Source of the DNA: Azolla caroliniana
Lineage: Eukaryota > Plantae > Polypodiophyta
Assembly: GCA_043228905.1 (NCBI GenBank)
Contig: JBHGNT010000018.1
Coordinates: forward strand, 2,356,001-2,420,000
Direction of reading: 5' to 3'
Length of the DNA stretch: 64,000 nt
This document shows, piece after piece, positions 11,260 through 23,721 of this stretch (the stretch's first letter is position 1; every line of letters starts with the position of its first letter). The position numbers and the translations under genes are program-made. The notes beneath the pieces are model-generated. The model was not told where the DNA came from. It made no database searches and was given only the letters and a program-made list of their open reading frames with translations.

Positions 11260-13298
11260 TATGGCCGGATCCTCATGGTCGAGGATGTTCAAAACCCAAC
11301 CTACACGTCAAGAAGAGGTCACGCAAACCAATCAAACACATGTTGTTGGCCCGTCTAACCCAACTCGATACCACGGCGGGTGGTTAACCCTCAAGACGCT
11401 ACCAAACATGAACCTCCTACCGAGGCCGGCAACCAAAGAACCTCTCAACACACCCCCACTACCAGAGAGCCCAATGGCAAACCCACCTAGCATAGAGTGA
11501 CACATACTGGATACCACACATGAGCTGCGTACGATAGAACAGGAAATCAATATATGGACGATGCAACTTGCGAAAGGAGGACCCAAGACATCAAAACTAC
11601 CCTAGTAGAAAGGAAAGACACGTTCGCGTGAGTTCAACAAAAACTTAACCTCCTAGAAGCATCATCATCTGATATGCACCATCGAGAACACGAGCCCAGC
11701 CCCACACCGCATTTGAGCACAACGGGCAACAACCCAAGACCCCCAACACCTCCGCGTATGAACACGGCCCCTACAGCCAACCAAACCACCTCAACACCTC
11801 CAAATGCCGAACTCGCATTGGCATTACAATCCATCCAAACCCTCGTGGCAATTCAAGTTATCCCACAAACGACAACAGGAAGAGTGCTTCCATTTCTAAA
11901 CTAGTACCTTGTTTCCTCGGTTTTGGTGATGCATATGACCACGTAGAGAGGTTCAAACAAATATGTTGAACTTATGAACCCCTCACTGAGATCACCAAAG
12001 TAGCTGCATACGGGCTTATGCTCAACGACCAAGCCGGAATTTGGTTTAGGACTTTAAATGAAGACCTCATCGTGGACTTTGAGTACATCATCGAAGATTT
12101 TTTAATCAACTTCGTCTGTAGAGGGAATAAATGGAATCCAATTGACCAACTTTTTGCCCTCAAGCAAGAGGCAAACGAGATAGTTAGGGATTATATCCGC
12201 CGCACGAAAAGTGTTCACCATCGGTGTAGCTTGAGCAATAAAGTGTTAGACGACAAATTGATGAGCCACTTCATCAATGGGTTGTATGACCCCACACTCC
12301 AAAATTTCCTCATCGCCCAGATGTGTTGGTCATTTGCGGAAGCTTGCACCGTAGTGATGACTTTCGAGGATTCAATGAGCGGGTTGCGGATATCCACACA
12401 AGTGCCTACAAACAATTGCGAAAAGACCTCAGAACTTGTTCCACCCACACCTCCGAAACCACCCCGTATGGAAAGACCCCAAGCATATGCCCAAAGAGAA
12501 AATGTAAGGTGCGTAGTGTGCCACAGCCATCACACAAGGCATGAGTGCCCTCTCCTCCACCAACGATGACCTCAATACTGTAAGTGGTGCGAAACCTTCA
12601 TGATGCATTCTCAAGAGAACTACTGGCAGTCTACGTCTTATGAGAAGAACAAAGGGGCCCACCAATGGGATATCGACATAACAATGGTTTAAGAAGGCCA
12701 GAATTGAAATGTTTCAATGGCCAAGGGCCATACATGGTTAGTGAGTGCCCAACTAACCATGAGGACCACAACCAAATGGCACAACGACCACGACACGCCC
12801 CACCCGAAGCACCCCACAAAACCACTGATACAAAGTGTCAACCAACAGTCACAGGACCTCAGCGAGTGGTTCCAACATGAAGCATCATGCCCAGGGTGTG
12901 GTAAAGAATACTTGGTACATGATTGCCCGGAGAATACGAAACGGATTACCACCAACCTATTATCCATATTACCATCAACAATTGGCACCAACATCATCAC
13001 ACGAGCTCAAAGAGTAGCTCATAACTTGAAGTATCATGACCATGGCCTTCCCACGAAAACCTCCAAGAAAGATCAAGAACCTCAGGGAGACGTCGAAGCG
13101 ATACCTATCAACCCTAACCAAGACTTACCCGCACACCTAGCAGCATACCCAAACCTAGTAGCTAAAAAACAAAAGGTTGAAGAATACATCAAACTCATAC
13201 AACATGAACAGATCGAAGGGTCGCTTAGCCTACCAAGTCTAAACTTTGACCAGCTAGAAGACTGGGTAAACCCGCCACCCCGATACGTGGATACACCC
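11260..13298 (+). pseudogene. gag of element C (retrotransposon gag domain + several zinc-knuckle-like motifs)
   Basis: DHVERF..., LKQEANEIVRDYIRR, HFINGL. Knuckle-like motifs CVVCHSHHTRHEC, CKWCETFMMH, CFNGQGPYMVSEC, CPGCGKEYLVHDC. Contains stops and frameshifts. Confidence 0.8.
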
Positions 13299-14357
13299 CA
13301 TGGTTGTTTACATACCCGTATTTAACATTTAAATACGTATAGTTCCTCATGATTTGTATAGTACGTACTATACCTCAATGTTGTTCAGTCAAATATCATG
13401 CACATTTGTCCAATACGGTATTTAACATACATTTGAAAAAATAGGTATAATACGTATTTATAAAAAAAATGTAAGTAAAACCCCAACAAAAAGCAAAAGA
13501 AAAAAAAATATTTTAGTGAAAAAGAAGCCAAAAGAAGGAAGAAAGAAGAACATATGAGACGACAACAAAGAAGAAGAAGACAGAAAAGAAGACAGAAACC
13601 TGTCTTGACTCTGAGTGTGATAATCGGAGAAGATAGAAGAAGAAGAAGAAGAAGAAGAGAGAAACCTATCCTAAATGTGATAATCGTAGATGATTCCTCA
13701 ATCTATGAAGGCATAATTGTACATAATTACAATTTGAAGTAAAACATCGTGATACACACACTAATTTATAGAATAAGTGAATGTCAACATCCACATTATT
13801 ACAAGCATAGTATGTAAATTTTGTATTCGTCTAGCATAACATTCGTTTTCCTACTTTGGAAAACGAATGCAAATGTTATTCAAACATTCTTGTGTTTTTT
13901 TTGTTTTTTTCCCATTTTTTTAGTTTTTCTTCCTTTTTTTTATGTTTATTTACCTCATAATAAATAATAAATCCAAAAGTATGGTATTTATCATTCTTTG
14001 AGGGTGTTTACCATACTCAAATTATTGAAACATTCGCGAATGCGAATGCACGTATGGTACGTATGGTTCATACTATGATTACAAATATTTTAAGATGTGA
14101 AATGTTTGAATGTTTTGTATGCATTTTAGGATGTAGAATTATATTGTGCATCACAAAATTGTGTAAGCATAGATGTTTTTTATAATATTACAGATATTTT
14201 TTAAAAAGGTAAATAATTTTCAAATTCTAGAAGTATTTAGAGTACTATACGTATTTTACGTATTTTATAAGTATTTAACATATTAAAAAACGTATTTAAC
14301 AGTATCCGTACTATACGTACAGTATCCGTACCGCATCTAACATACCTAACAACCTTG
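13299..14357. mobile_element. Non-autonomous hAT-type DNA transposon (1059 bp)
   Basis: TIRs CATGGTTGTT... / ...AACAACCTTG; 8-bp TSD ATACACCC (13291-13298) / ATACGCCC (14358-14365); AT-rich, many subterminal CGTA/TACG motifs. Confidence 0.85.
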
Positions 14358-14365
14358 ATACGCCC

Positions 14366-17236
14366 CCCGTCACCGCAACACCAACCAACACCCCCATCTC
14401 TCAATCTAGTCTGGTTAACGAAGTCAACACAATCCTGCTCCAACAAATGTTAAATCTAAAGTTACACCCTAACATTACGTGACGTACATCGGCACCTTCG
14501 TGACTGGCAATCACAAGCTACAACCTATACTAGCTAAAGAAGTCGAATTCACACTCGAAAAGCTACTCAAACTCAACATTAAGCCATGGCATGACGTCCT
14601 CCGCCGCCTCAATGGAGGCTTATTTGCGGAGTACAGAGAGAAGATACACACCCATATCCCTCATATAACCACATTCCCCAACCAACCCAAAGAAATACCG
14701 ATAGATATCTGTGGAGCTCATTTCGAGAGTGGCGACACTAGTTTCACTCTCCCTGTTTGCGTCAACAACACGACTTGTGACGTGATTATTGACACTGGAG
14801 TGGGGGTAAGCATAGTCAACTACGAATGTTGGTGTAAGTGAGGCAGCCCAAAAATGTTTCCTTCAGATGTTAAGCTCCGAATGGCGAATGGTTCCATCCA
14901 ACGGCCAGAAGGCATGATCTCGGCTCACAACTTCACTATCCATGGGGTCGACTTCAATCTTACCTTCGTCATCACAAGATCATCTAATCACGTGGCTTAC
15001 GAGTGTTTACTAGGACGGTCATTCCTAAGAGTAAGCCGCCTCGTGATGGACTTCGGGAACGACACAATTTACATGCAGAAAAACAACTTGAAACATTTCG
15101 CATCAAGGCATACACACAAAAAGTCCACGAACAAGAAGGTAGTCCCCTTGTCGACAACTAGTTAGAGACCACCGACTTCGAGACCAACCTCCTCGAGTTC
15201 CACCCCACAAAGGCAGTCCAGATCTTGGCCAGAGGCCAACCCCTACCCCAAAGGCTTGCTACTCCCAAGGCAAAGAACATGAGAGAAGACACATCCGTAG
15301 CCTTTGATTCGTCAGAAATGAAATGGGTACACGCTCTCGTTAGAAATGAAGACAGGGACTCGATTTCGTGTTTCAATGTCACCATCTTCGCACCAAAATA
15401 GAGACAGACCAATACAAAGGATAAATGCCAAGTGAAGCAGGGGACACAAAGAGAAGAAAATTTGCCCACCGGGAAGACCCTTGAAGAAGTTGACTTCCCC
15501 GAGAAATTCAAAGTCTACGAACAAGGGAATAGAGTAGTGGCTTGTAAACGACCACAACGCAAGCCTAACACCTTAGGAGAGGTATGTGATGGTCCGGCTA
15601 GAGTTAAAGAAGTTAACCTAGGAAATGGGGTGGACTCCAAACCAGTATTCATCGCCTCGAATCTCCAGTTGGATGAGGAGACATCTTTAATTGCCCTCCT
15701 CACAGAATTTAGAGATGTGTTCGCATGGACGTATCAAAATATGAGAGGTGTACCGTTCGGAGTAGTCACCCATAGCATCCCCATGTGAGCCGATGCCCGC
15801 CCAATCCAACAACGACCACGCCCAATGAACCCTAACTACGCTCAACAAGTAAAAGCCAAAATTGATAATATGCTAGATGCCGGCATCATCTTCCCAATTG
15901 AGCATACGACTTGGGTCTCTCCGATAGTAGTCATCCCAAAGAAGAATGGAAAATTTCGCATATCCGTCGACTACCAGCAAGTCAACGATGCTACTATTAA
16001 GGACAACTACCCGGTACCCTACATCGAGCACTCTCGAAAGAGTCGTAGGGGCGGAAGCCTATAGCTTCATTGATGGGTTCTCGGGGTACAACCAGATCTT
16101 GGTAGTTCCTGAGGATCAACACAAGACGACCTTTGCAACCGAATTTGGTACATTCACGTACAAACATATGCCTTTTGGGTTCACATGTGCCCTAAGCACC
16201 TATCAAAGGGTTGTGGACCACCTCTTCGCGGCAAGGTTACAACAAGGAGTGGAGTCCTATGTTGATGATTTGTCCTGCCATTCGAAATGGCATGACCACC
16301 TTGCACTACTCCGCTTAACATTCGAAAAATGTAGGGAGTACCAAGTCTCTCTCAACCCTCTCAAGTGTCAATTCTAGGTCAAACACAGACTCATACTAGG
16401 TCATGTGGTGTCCTAACATGGGATCTCAACCAATGAGGCAAAAGTAAAGCTCATCCGTGACATGCCACCATCCATGAACAAAAAACAACTTCAATGGTTC
16501 ATGGGGTATGCGGGTTACTATAGATGGTTCATTAAGATGTTCGTAGAGAAAGCGAGACCACTCTATGCATTACTAAAGCAGTACACATGGACTGAAGAGT
16601 GCACTCGTTCGTTCGAGCTCTTGAAGGACTATTTAACTAAATCCCCCATCCTCTGATCCCCAGACTGGAGCAAAGAATTCCACATTCACACCGATGCTTC
16701 CGCGTTTGCGATCGGGGCAGTACTCGCTCAACCCGGCGAAGGAGCACTTGATCTACCGATCACCTTTGCTAGCCGTCAGCTGAACTCTGTGGAACAAAAT
16801 TACTCTACAACAGAATGAGAAGCTTTAGCAATGGTTTACAGGGTGAAGAAGTTCTGACATTACCTATTGGCATCACGTTTTTCATTTTTCATAGATCACA
16901 AAGCCCTCCTCTACTTGGTAAACAAGACTCGCGCCACAGGACGCATATCCCGATGGATCGTAACTCTACTCAAGTTCGACTTCAAAGTGGTGGTGAGAAA
17001 AGGAAAGGAACATGTATTCGCTGATCATTTCTCGTGAATATCAAATGGAGAAGAAGCCACTGGAGTCGATGACGAAACGCCAGATGCCGCGTTATTCACG
17101 ATCGACATTGTACCGTCATGGGCATCAAACATCGTTCGCATCTTAACCGAAGGAACCTTCTTAAAACAACTAAGTCGTGCCAAAGCACGTGTCTTGTTGA
17201 AGAAGTGTGGACCCTCCATGATGCTCAGAGCAACTT
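14366..17236 (+). pseudogene. pol of element C, PR-RT-RH part
   Basis: ORF fragments 14479-14841 (protease), 15825-16377 (RT, YVDD), then RNase H; many premature stops. Confidence 0.9.
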
Positions 17237-17702
17237 TGTTGTCCGCCGGAATCGTAACCGACGGACAGAAGCGCAAAAATATTATAATATAGTAAAGCGT
17301 TAAGAAACAAATGTAACGGTTCACACGGGAAGTGTGAACGGCTAAAGGCCCTGTGTATATAAAGGGCAAAAATCCTCTGTAAGAGGTAGCATGTAATTTT
17401 GAAGCATAGAACGTTTTCTTTAATAGGATACTATCTTCTCTTACCTCTATGCATATTTGTGACTTTCTCTATTGCGTTCTTTGTTTCTCTGTTGCATACT
17501 AATCGTAAGGGTGTAGCCGTAAGTGTGGATACTAGTGCACTTCCCAAGGAGTTCGGTTGTAGCCGTCTCCCTTATACGCTACTAGGATACGAGGGAGTAT
17601 CCCATTACGATTTACGGTACGACGGTTCTATTCCTTGTAACACGGTTACCTTGAGGTCTACCTCGAAGGACTGAGCGTAGACAGTGTTCCTAATCGGTAA
17701 CA
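17237..17702 (+). repeat. 5' LTR of element B (466 bp)
   Basis: TGTTGTC...GGTAACA; TATATAAA near 17357; matches the 3' LTR. Confidence 0.92.
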
Positions 17703-17706
17703 CGTT

Positions 17707-17724
17707 TGGCACGCTTGGTGGGAC
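17707..17724 (+). promoter_or_regulatory. PBS (tRNA-Arg UCU type) of element B
   Basis: TGGCACGCTTGGTGGGAC, 4 nt after the LTR; recalled plant tRNA-Arg(UCU) complement is TGGCACGCCCGGTGGGAC. Confidence 0.8.
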
Positions 17725-17726
17725 AT

Positions 17727-18500
17727 GTTCTATACGAGAACATCTGGTGTCGTTTTGGCTCCCCTATCGAGCTCATCAACGACCAAGGAAGCCACTTTCT
17801 GAATTCGGTCATCCAGGAACTAACACAACACTATGTCGTAGTCCACAAGAAGAGCACGTCGTATTATCCATAGGCAAATGGTTTAGCGGAATCCACGAAC
17901 AAAACGTTGCAAACCATACTAAAAAAGATCATCGATGAGAACAAAACATATTGGGATACCAAATTACATAGCGCGTTATGGGCGTACCAAACCAACTATA
18001 AAACTAGCATACAATCCACACCTTTCTGGCTAGCATTTGGGTTGGAGGCCGTAATGCCAGTCGAATTTCAGGTCCCGAGTCTGTGGATTCAGGTATGAGA
18101 CCAGCTATCAAAAGACAAGTCCAAACAAATACGGCTACAACAACTGCTCGCACTAGGCGAAACACGGTTACACAACATGGCTATACTGGAACAAGAGCAG
18201 CATCGGCGTAAAGCATTCCTGGACCGGCATCGAAATGCACATGAAAAATATTTTGCGATTGGCAAAGAGGTCTTGGTCTTTCAAACCCGGATGGGGCAGA
18301 TGCCCGGTAAATTAAGATTTTGCTGGGCGGGGCTGTACTGGATAGTTGGCACGGAAAACGGCACGTTTCAATTAGGCACCCTAGTCGAAGATGTGTTACA
18401 ACAAAAGGTGAATGGGTTTTGATTGAAACCCTACCTAGGACCTGTGCCACCAAACCCGTTCCCTGCCGTAAAAGACACGGCCGAAGAACTTGCGGCTTAA
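17727..18500 (+). pseudogene. Integrase C-terminal half of element B
   Basis: FLYENIWCRFGSPIELINDQG, LHSALWAY, PGKLRF; highly similar to the integrase of A. Confidence 0.9.
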
Positions 18501-18565
18501 TTAAAGGAACCCACATGTATTATAATGTAACAATAATATTGTATTTAACCGTTACAAGAAGGAGA

Positions 18566-18603
<38 letters not shown>

Positions 18604-18873
18604 CAGTGACGCTATTAAAAGGACTTTATGCATGCGCAAACGTCTAGAGCAAGAACATGCGGCACCACGATGGCTCATAGACCAGTGAACCCTAGGCCAC
18701 AAAAAGAAGAAAATAGAAGGTTTTCTGCATAATACAAAAACCAATCTTCAACCTTTAACCCTCCTCACTCTCATCGCTTTGCTCACTCACCTTACTCCCC
18801 ATCATACCACAAAGCCCACATCCACCATAACCAGCAAACCTCACCCACTACCCACGAGTCTCACCCACCTACG

Positions 18874-21447
18874 ATGCCGATCACTATTTCTGCCGCCTTG
18901 CGTAGATGGCTCCTCGAAAAGAGACTAGATGGATACATCAAAGTCGCTGAGGCACCTGCTCACCCTAAAGCCCTGGAAATTGCCAGGAAGCTCAATATAG
19001 ACATGGTCACCAACGCTACCATCTGGAAGAAGCTTGACTTATCATCGCTTGGAGAAAAACATTTTGACATCCCTCCTACGGAAACCTTGCAGAAATATTT
19101 CGGGGCATATTCGGTGTTCGCCAAAGCATACAGGACGAAGGAAATCCCCGACCCCTTCCTTCAAGAAATAGCCAAGTTCTTGCTGGAGGTAGGATGCGTG
19201 CACGTAAATGCCTATGGGATGCCAAAGCAAAAGGCATGCATCATCATTGATACCTTCAAAGGGCGCGCGGTCGATTGGGGGGTAATTACGGGACCAGCTT
19301 TACGGGAAGGCATGCACGCGTATTAGGGCGGCAAAAAGCTAAGGCCAATCATACAACAGTATCTGAAGATACTATTTCCACCCGGAGGTCTGCCCGCACC
19401 ACAGCCCAACAAACCCACACCGCCGCCACGTTCTGTGAAACGGAGGTTAGCGGAGTTGGCTACCACGAAATGGGAAGATCAACCACAATCTTCCCAGCCC
19501 AGCACGCGGACAACACAGGGAGAATGGCCGGCAAGCAGGGAGGAAGCTCCGCATGAGCCGGAATCCGAGCAACGCCAGGAAAGCCCGAGGCCGAAACAAT
19601 GTAGGCTGGATAGGAAAGATGGGCGCGGACTAGTCAAAGACACAACCGCGGACACAGATACGACCGCCTTGGTTGACAGTTCAGCAGCTACAGAGCCCAA
19701 CACCACTTTCGAAATAATCTAGGAACCACAGCTGATCATTACGGCCCAATCACAACGTGGGAAAGGTGTACTCATGGCCGAAAGAGAAATCCTAAAGTAC
19801 CCGGACATCCCGGATACAACCCATGAATTCGGTGCGCTACTACAATTTGGAACAACGTACGAACTCATGGAATTTTTGCCAACGTAGAAAATTAAGGTAT
19901 CGCGGAGAATGGCGGATGAGCACGCAAAGCAACTGATGATTGAGCGTGCATTCACACAAACAGCGGAAAGTGAGGATGACGGGCCTCTAGCCAAGGTAGG
20001 TAGGCAACGGAATGAGGGGATTCGGCGTATGGGCATCAAACTACCCCCATTGAATGCGGCCCTGGTCAAGGTCCATCGGGAATTGGCTAGAGTTAGTGTG
20101 GGGGCCAAGGATATGTCTAGCAAGAATAAAAACGTGTGGAAAACAGTCAAGTTGACTCAAGCCCAACTACAGAAGGCCCAAGAGCGTATTACAGAGCTCG
20201 AACACAGCGTCACTAGGCCACCGCAAAACCCCGACCCAGCAGCAGGTGAAGACCCCTCGATAACCCTACAAGAGGAGATTGCCACACAATAGGCCATCGT
20301 TGCTAAAGAAAAAAGGGCTACGTAGCTTGTAGAGTTCGAGATTGACCGCCTTCACTCCGAATTCTGCCAATCCTCCAACAGAGAAAAGGACATCCAGGCC
20401 AAAGGCCGAAAGGCAATGAAGGCACTCGAAGAGAAACTCCAAGCGGAGGCAGTAGCGCACACCCACACGAAAGAAGAAAACACCACACTACGAGAGGAAG
20501 CCCAAAATTCGGAAGCGGCGATCAAAGGACTCTAGGCGTTATTGGAAAAGAAGAAAGTGTGGTACGACGAGCAGCTCGTACACGAACACGAGGTGAGGCA
20601 TCAGGTCGAAGTCCGCCTGAACAATGAAATGGGTCAGCTGGAGGAATTACACTCGAAAGAATCTTAGATATGGGCAGGGATGAAGAACCATTATGAGGAA
20701 GCGGTTGCGGTTAATAAGCAAGAAATCAAAAACCTCAAAAAAAACCTAGAAGAAGCGCAAAAACGCTGCCAAGTAATAACCGACAACGTGTGCGTACTTC
20801 TTCAAACAAATCGGGAGAGGTTTATGGCGCTAGACAAAGGTTGGATGGCATGGGCAACACAAGCGGCGAAGTTGCATACCTATCGAGCGGACTGGGAGAA
20901 CCGTAGGAAAGAAGGCCGAGGTTTCTACAAACTCAATGAGGAAGGCATTGCGGCAGTACGCGAGGACCTAGCACAAGATTATCGCACGCTAGCGGACCAG
21001 CAGTCCGAGGAACTCGTGCAGCTACTGGAAGATTTCGGCGAAAGTCAGGAGGATATGTTTCACCGAATCATAGAAGTAGGCAACACGCGGCAAAGAGCAG
21101 AGCCCTTCGTGATACTAGATAGCAATACCGCCGAACAGGAGGAACCTCAGCCCAATTCACTGGAGATGACAACTACGGCCAGCAACACTGAGGAAGTTAC
21201 GGATAGGACAGAGCCTCAGCCTACCGAGAGCCCGCAGACGGAAGAGCCAGCCACAATAGAACGGAATGAGCCAGCAGAGCTAGGTCCGCCCACGCAAGGA
21301 GAAGTTGACGCCATGGAAACCCCCACAACGACTGAGCAAGTACAAGACATGCAACTGAGCAACGACGCGCCTACGGGCACTACGTCGTCCTCGGACCAGT
21401 ACATAGGAGTGGAACCAAACATCCGGGATATTTTGGAGGAAGAATAG
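18874..21447 (+). pseudogene. Extra 3' ORF of element B (homolog of 5384-8160)
   Basis: WLLEKRLDGY..., YFGAYS..KAYRT, VDWG; coiled coil; WATQAAKL..RAD..NR; ends DILEEE*. Several in-frame TAG stops. Confidence 0.8.
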
Positions 21448-21452
21448 AGGGA

Positions 21453-21492
21453 TGGGTCCGATGTGCCATGGCACTATCCCACAGGCATGCCA
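21453..21492 (+). promoter_or_regulatory. tRNA-Arg-like 3'-half sequence (inverted PBS) at the PPT position of element B
   Basis: TGGGTCCGA-tgtgccatggcact-ATCCCACAGGCATGCCA, then GG, then the LTR start TGTT (21495). Confidence 0.7.
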
Positions 21493-21494
21493 GG

Positions 21495-22868
21495 TGTTGT
21501 CTGTCGGAATCATAACCGACAGACAGAAGCGCAGAAATATTATAATATAGTAAGGCCTTAAGAAACGAATGTAACGGTTCACGCAGGAAGCGTGAACGGC
21601 TAAAAGCCCTGTCCTGTGTATATAAAGGGCAGAAATCCTCTGTAAGAGGTAGCATGTAATTTTGAAGCATAGAGCGTTTTCTCTAATAGGATACAATCTT
21701 CTCTGACCTCTGTGCATATTTGTGACTTTCTCTGTTGCGTACTGTTAATCATAAGGGTGTAGGCGTAAGTACGGATACTAGTGCACTTCCTAAGGAGTTC
21801 GGTTGTAGCCATCTCCCTTATACGTTACTGTTGGGAGACAGGTCCCTTCGGATGGGAAGGGAGAAGAACAGTGCCGATGAACAAACTCGGCCGAGGCCGA
21901 AACCGGATGAGGAGTACCCGGCTACGGAGAGCCGGATGATGCAGACCCGGTGAAGACCGGATGAGGAGTACCCAGCTACGGAGAGCCGGATGATGCAGAC
22001 CCGGTGAAGACCAGATGAGGAGTACCCAGCTACGGAGAGCCGGATGGTGCAGACCTGGTGAAGACCGGATGAGGAGTACCCAACTATGGAGAGCCGGATG
22101 GTGCAGACCCGGTGAAGTCCGGATGAGGAGTACCCGGCTACGCAGAGCCGGATGGTGCAGTCCTGGTGAGAACCGGATGAGGAGTACCCGGCTACGGAGA
22201 GCCGGATGGTGCAGACCTAGTGAGAACCGGATGAGGAGTATCCGGCTACGGAGAGCCGGATGGTGCAGACCCGGTGAGAACCGGATGAGGAGACATACTC
22301 GTAAATATGTTTCTGAGAGCCCATCGAGACTATATTTGTAAATAGCCGAAAAGTCATATTAGTATAAATATGACTTAGGGCAAACTTTTATAGTAGTTGT
22401 TGTCATTTTCTTGTTGGTGCAAGGAGAGAGAGCGCGTAACTGTGTACAGAGAGAGAGAGCGAGAAAGAGGTCGTTGCCTCTGTTGTAACCGCCGCCTGTG
22501 GCGAAGATCGTGAGCGTGAGGTCGTTGCCTCCGTGAGCTCACTGTTTGTACATTTGTGACATAGTGATAGTTAGCAGTCAATGGACTGTCGTGGTTTTTC
22601 CCTCTCAGGGTTTTCCATGTTAAACATCCTGCGTACTCTTCTCTCCATTGGTTCGTGCATTTTTTAGTTCCCGTTTTCTGTGTATGATTCTAAGCTCGGT
22701 TGTGGCCGAGTGTTGCGCATAAGGAGCGTTTTAGTTCCCGTCAGCTACTAGGATACGAGAGAGTATCCCATTACGATTTACGATACAACGGTTCTATTCC
22801 TTGTAACACGGTCACCTTGAGGTCTACCTCGAAGGACTGAGCATAGACAGTGTTCCTAATCAGTAACA
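21495..22868 (+). repeat. 3' LTR of element B, split by a Copia solo LTR
   Basis: 21495-21828 plus 22749-22868 align with the 5' LTR 17237-17702. Confidence 0.9.
21829..22743 (+). mobile_element. Solo LTR of the Copia family of element D with seven 54-bp tandem units
   Basis: TG...CA ends; TSD GTTAC/GCTAC; array 21903-22280 (CCGGATGAGGAGTACCCGGCTACGGAGAGCCGGATGGTGCAGACCCGGTGAAGA). Confidence 0.93.
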
Positions 22869-22873
22869 AACTT

Positions 22874-23721
22874 GTATCAATGAGGCAACGGCGATGTACT
22901 TCGAAGGTGTGTAGCAGATTATGATGTCATTGCAGTCATTGAACAAGCTCATTGCGGAAGCGGAAGCGATCATTTCAATCATGAGTCCACACACAAGGTC
23001 CTTCAGTCATGCCTATGGTGGTCGACATTGTTCAAAGACACATATGAGTATGTACATCAGTGGGATGAATGCCAATGTTTCAAGCACCGACAAAAAGCGG
23101 ATTTCAACACATTATACCCAGTAGTTGCTTGGCAACCATTCGAGAAATAGGGTATTGATTTTATCGGCCCCATTAGCCCAGCTTCCAACCTCAACCGATA
23201 CATAATCATCGCATACCAAGTGGGCCGAAGCCAAAGCTTGCGTTAACGCCGATGCACGCACCACTGCCAAATTCCTATACGAAAATGGCATCATACGGTT
23301 CGGTTCGTATGCCCACTCGAAATAATCAATGACCAAGGCTCTCATTTCCTCAATCAGGTGATAGCACACCTACTAGGCGAGTTTATGGTGACGCATCACA
23401 AGAGCTCCCCTTATTACCCTTGTGCAATGGACAAGCGGAAAGTACTAATAAAGTGTTACGTACAGTGCTCACGAAGATAATCACAACCTCTCAATCTTAT
23501 TGGAGCATCAAATTCCAAGCCGCATTGTGAGCATTCCGCACCTCCTACAAAATAGTGACTTGCCACACGCCGTTTAAACTAGTATATGGACAAGAGGTGG
23601 TACTACGCATCGAGTTCCTCGTCCCTAGCCTCAGGATAGCCATCCAAGAATGATGGGATGGGAACCCCTTCCCATCACGTCTAGAGAACTTGGAATGACT
23701 AACAGAAACTCGACTACTCAT
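22874..23721 (+). pseudogene. Integrase of element C
   Basis: Resumes after B. GIDFIGP, TKWAEAKA, HHKSSPYYP motifs; frameshifted. Confidence 0.8.

Larger units (their letters stand above)
17237..22868 (+). mobile_element. Non-autonomous Gypsy element B (LTR, PBS, integrase C-terminal half, extra ORF, LTR)
   Basis: Direct-repeat LTRs 17237-17702 and 21495-22868 (second one interrupted). Perfect TSD AACTT (17232-17236 / 22869-22873). Host pol reads MLRATLYQ across the site. Confidence 0.93.

Noticed and set aside
10702-11500. Repetitive ORFs on both strands in the 5' UTR of element C
   Set aside because: Artefacts of 36-bp and 218-bp tandem repeats.
21435-21456. Purine-rich GGAGGAAGAATAGAGGGATGGG as the PPT of element B
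   Set aside because: It lies about 40 nt from the TSD-verified LTR start, mostly encodes the EEE* terminus and is poorly conserved in A. It is not fully excluded as an alternative primer.
21903-22341. Regular repeat array and repetitive ORF (MRSTRLRRAGWCRPGE)n
   Set aside because: No unique spacers, so not CRISPR. The ORF is a by-product of 54-bp units inside an LTR.
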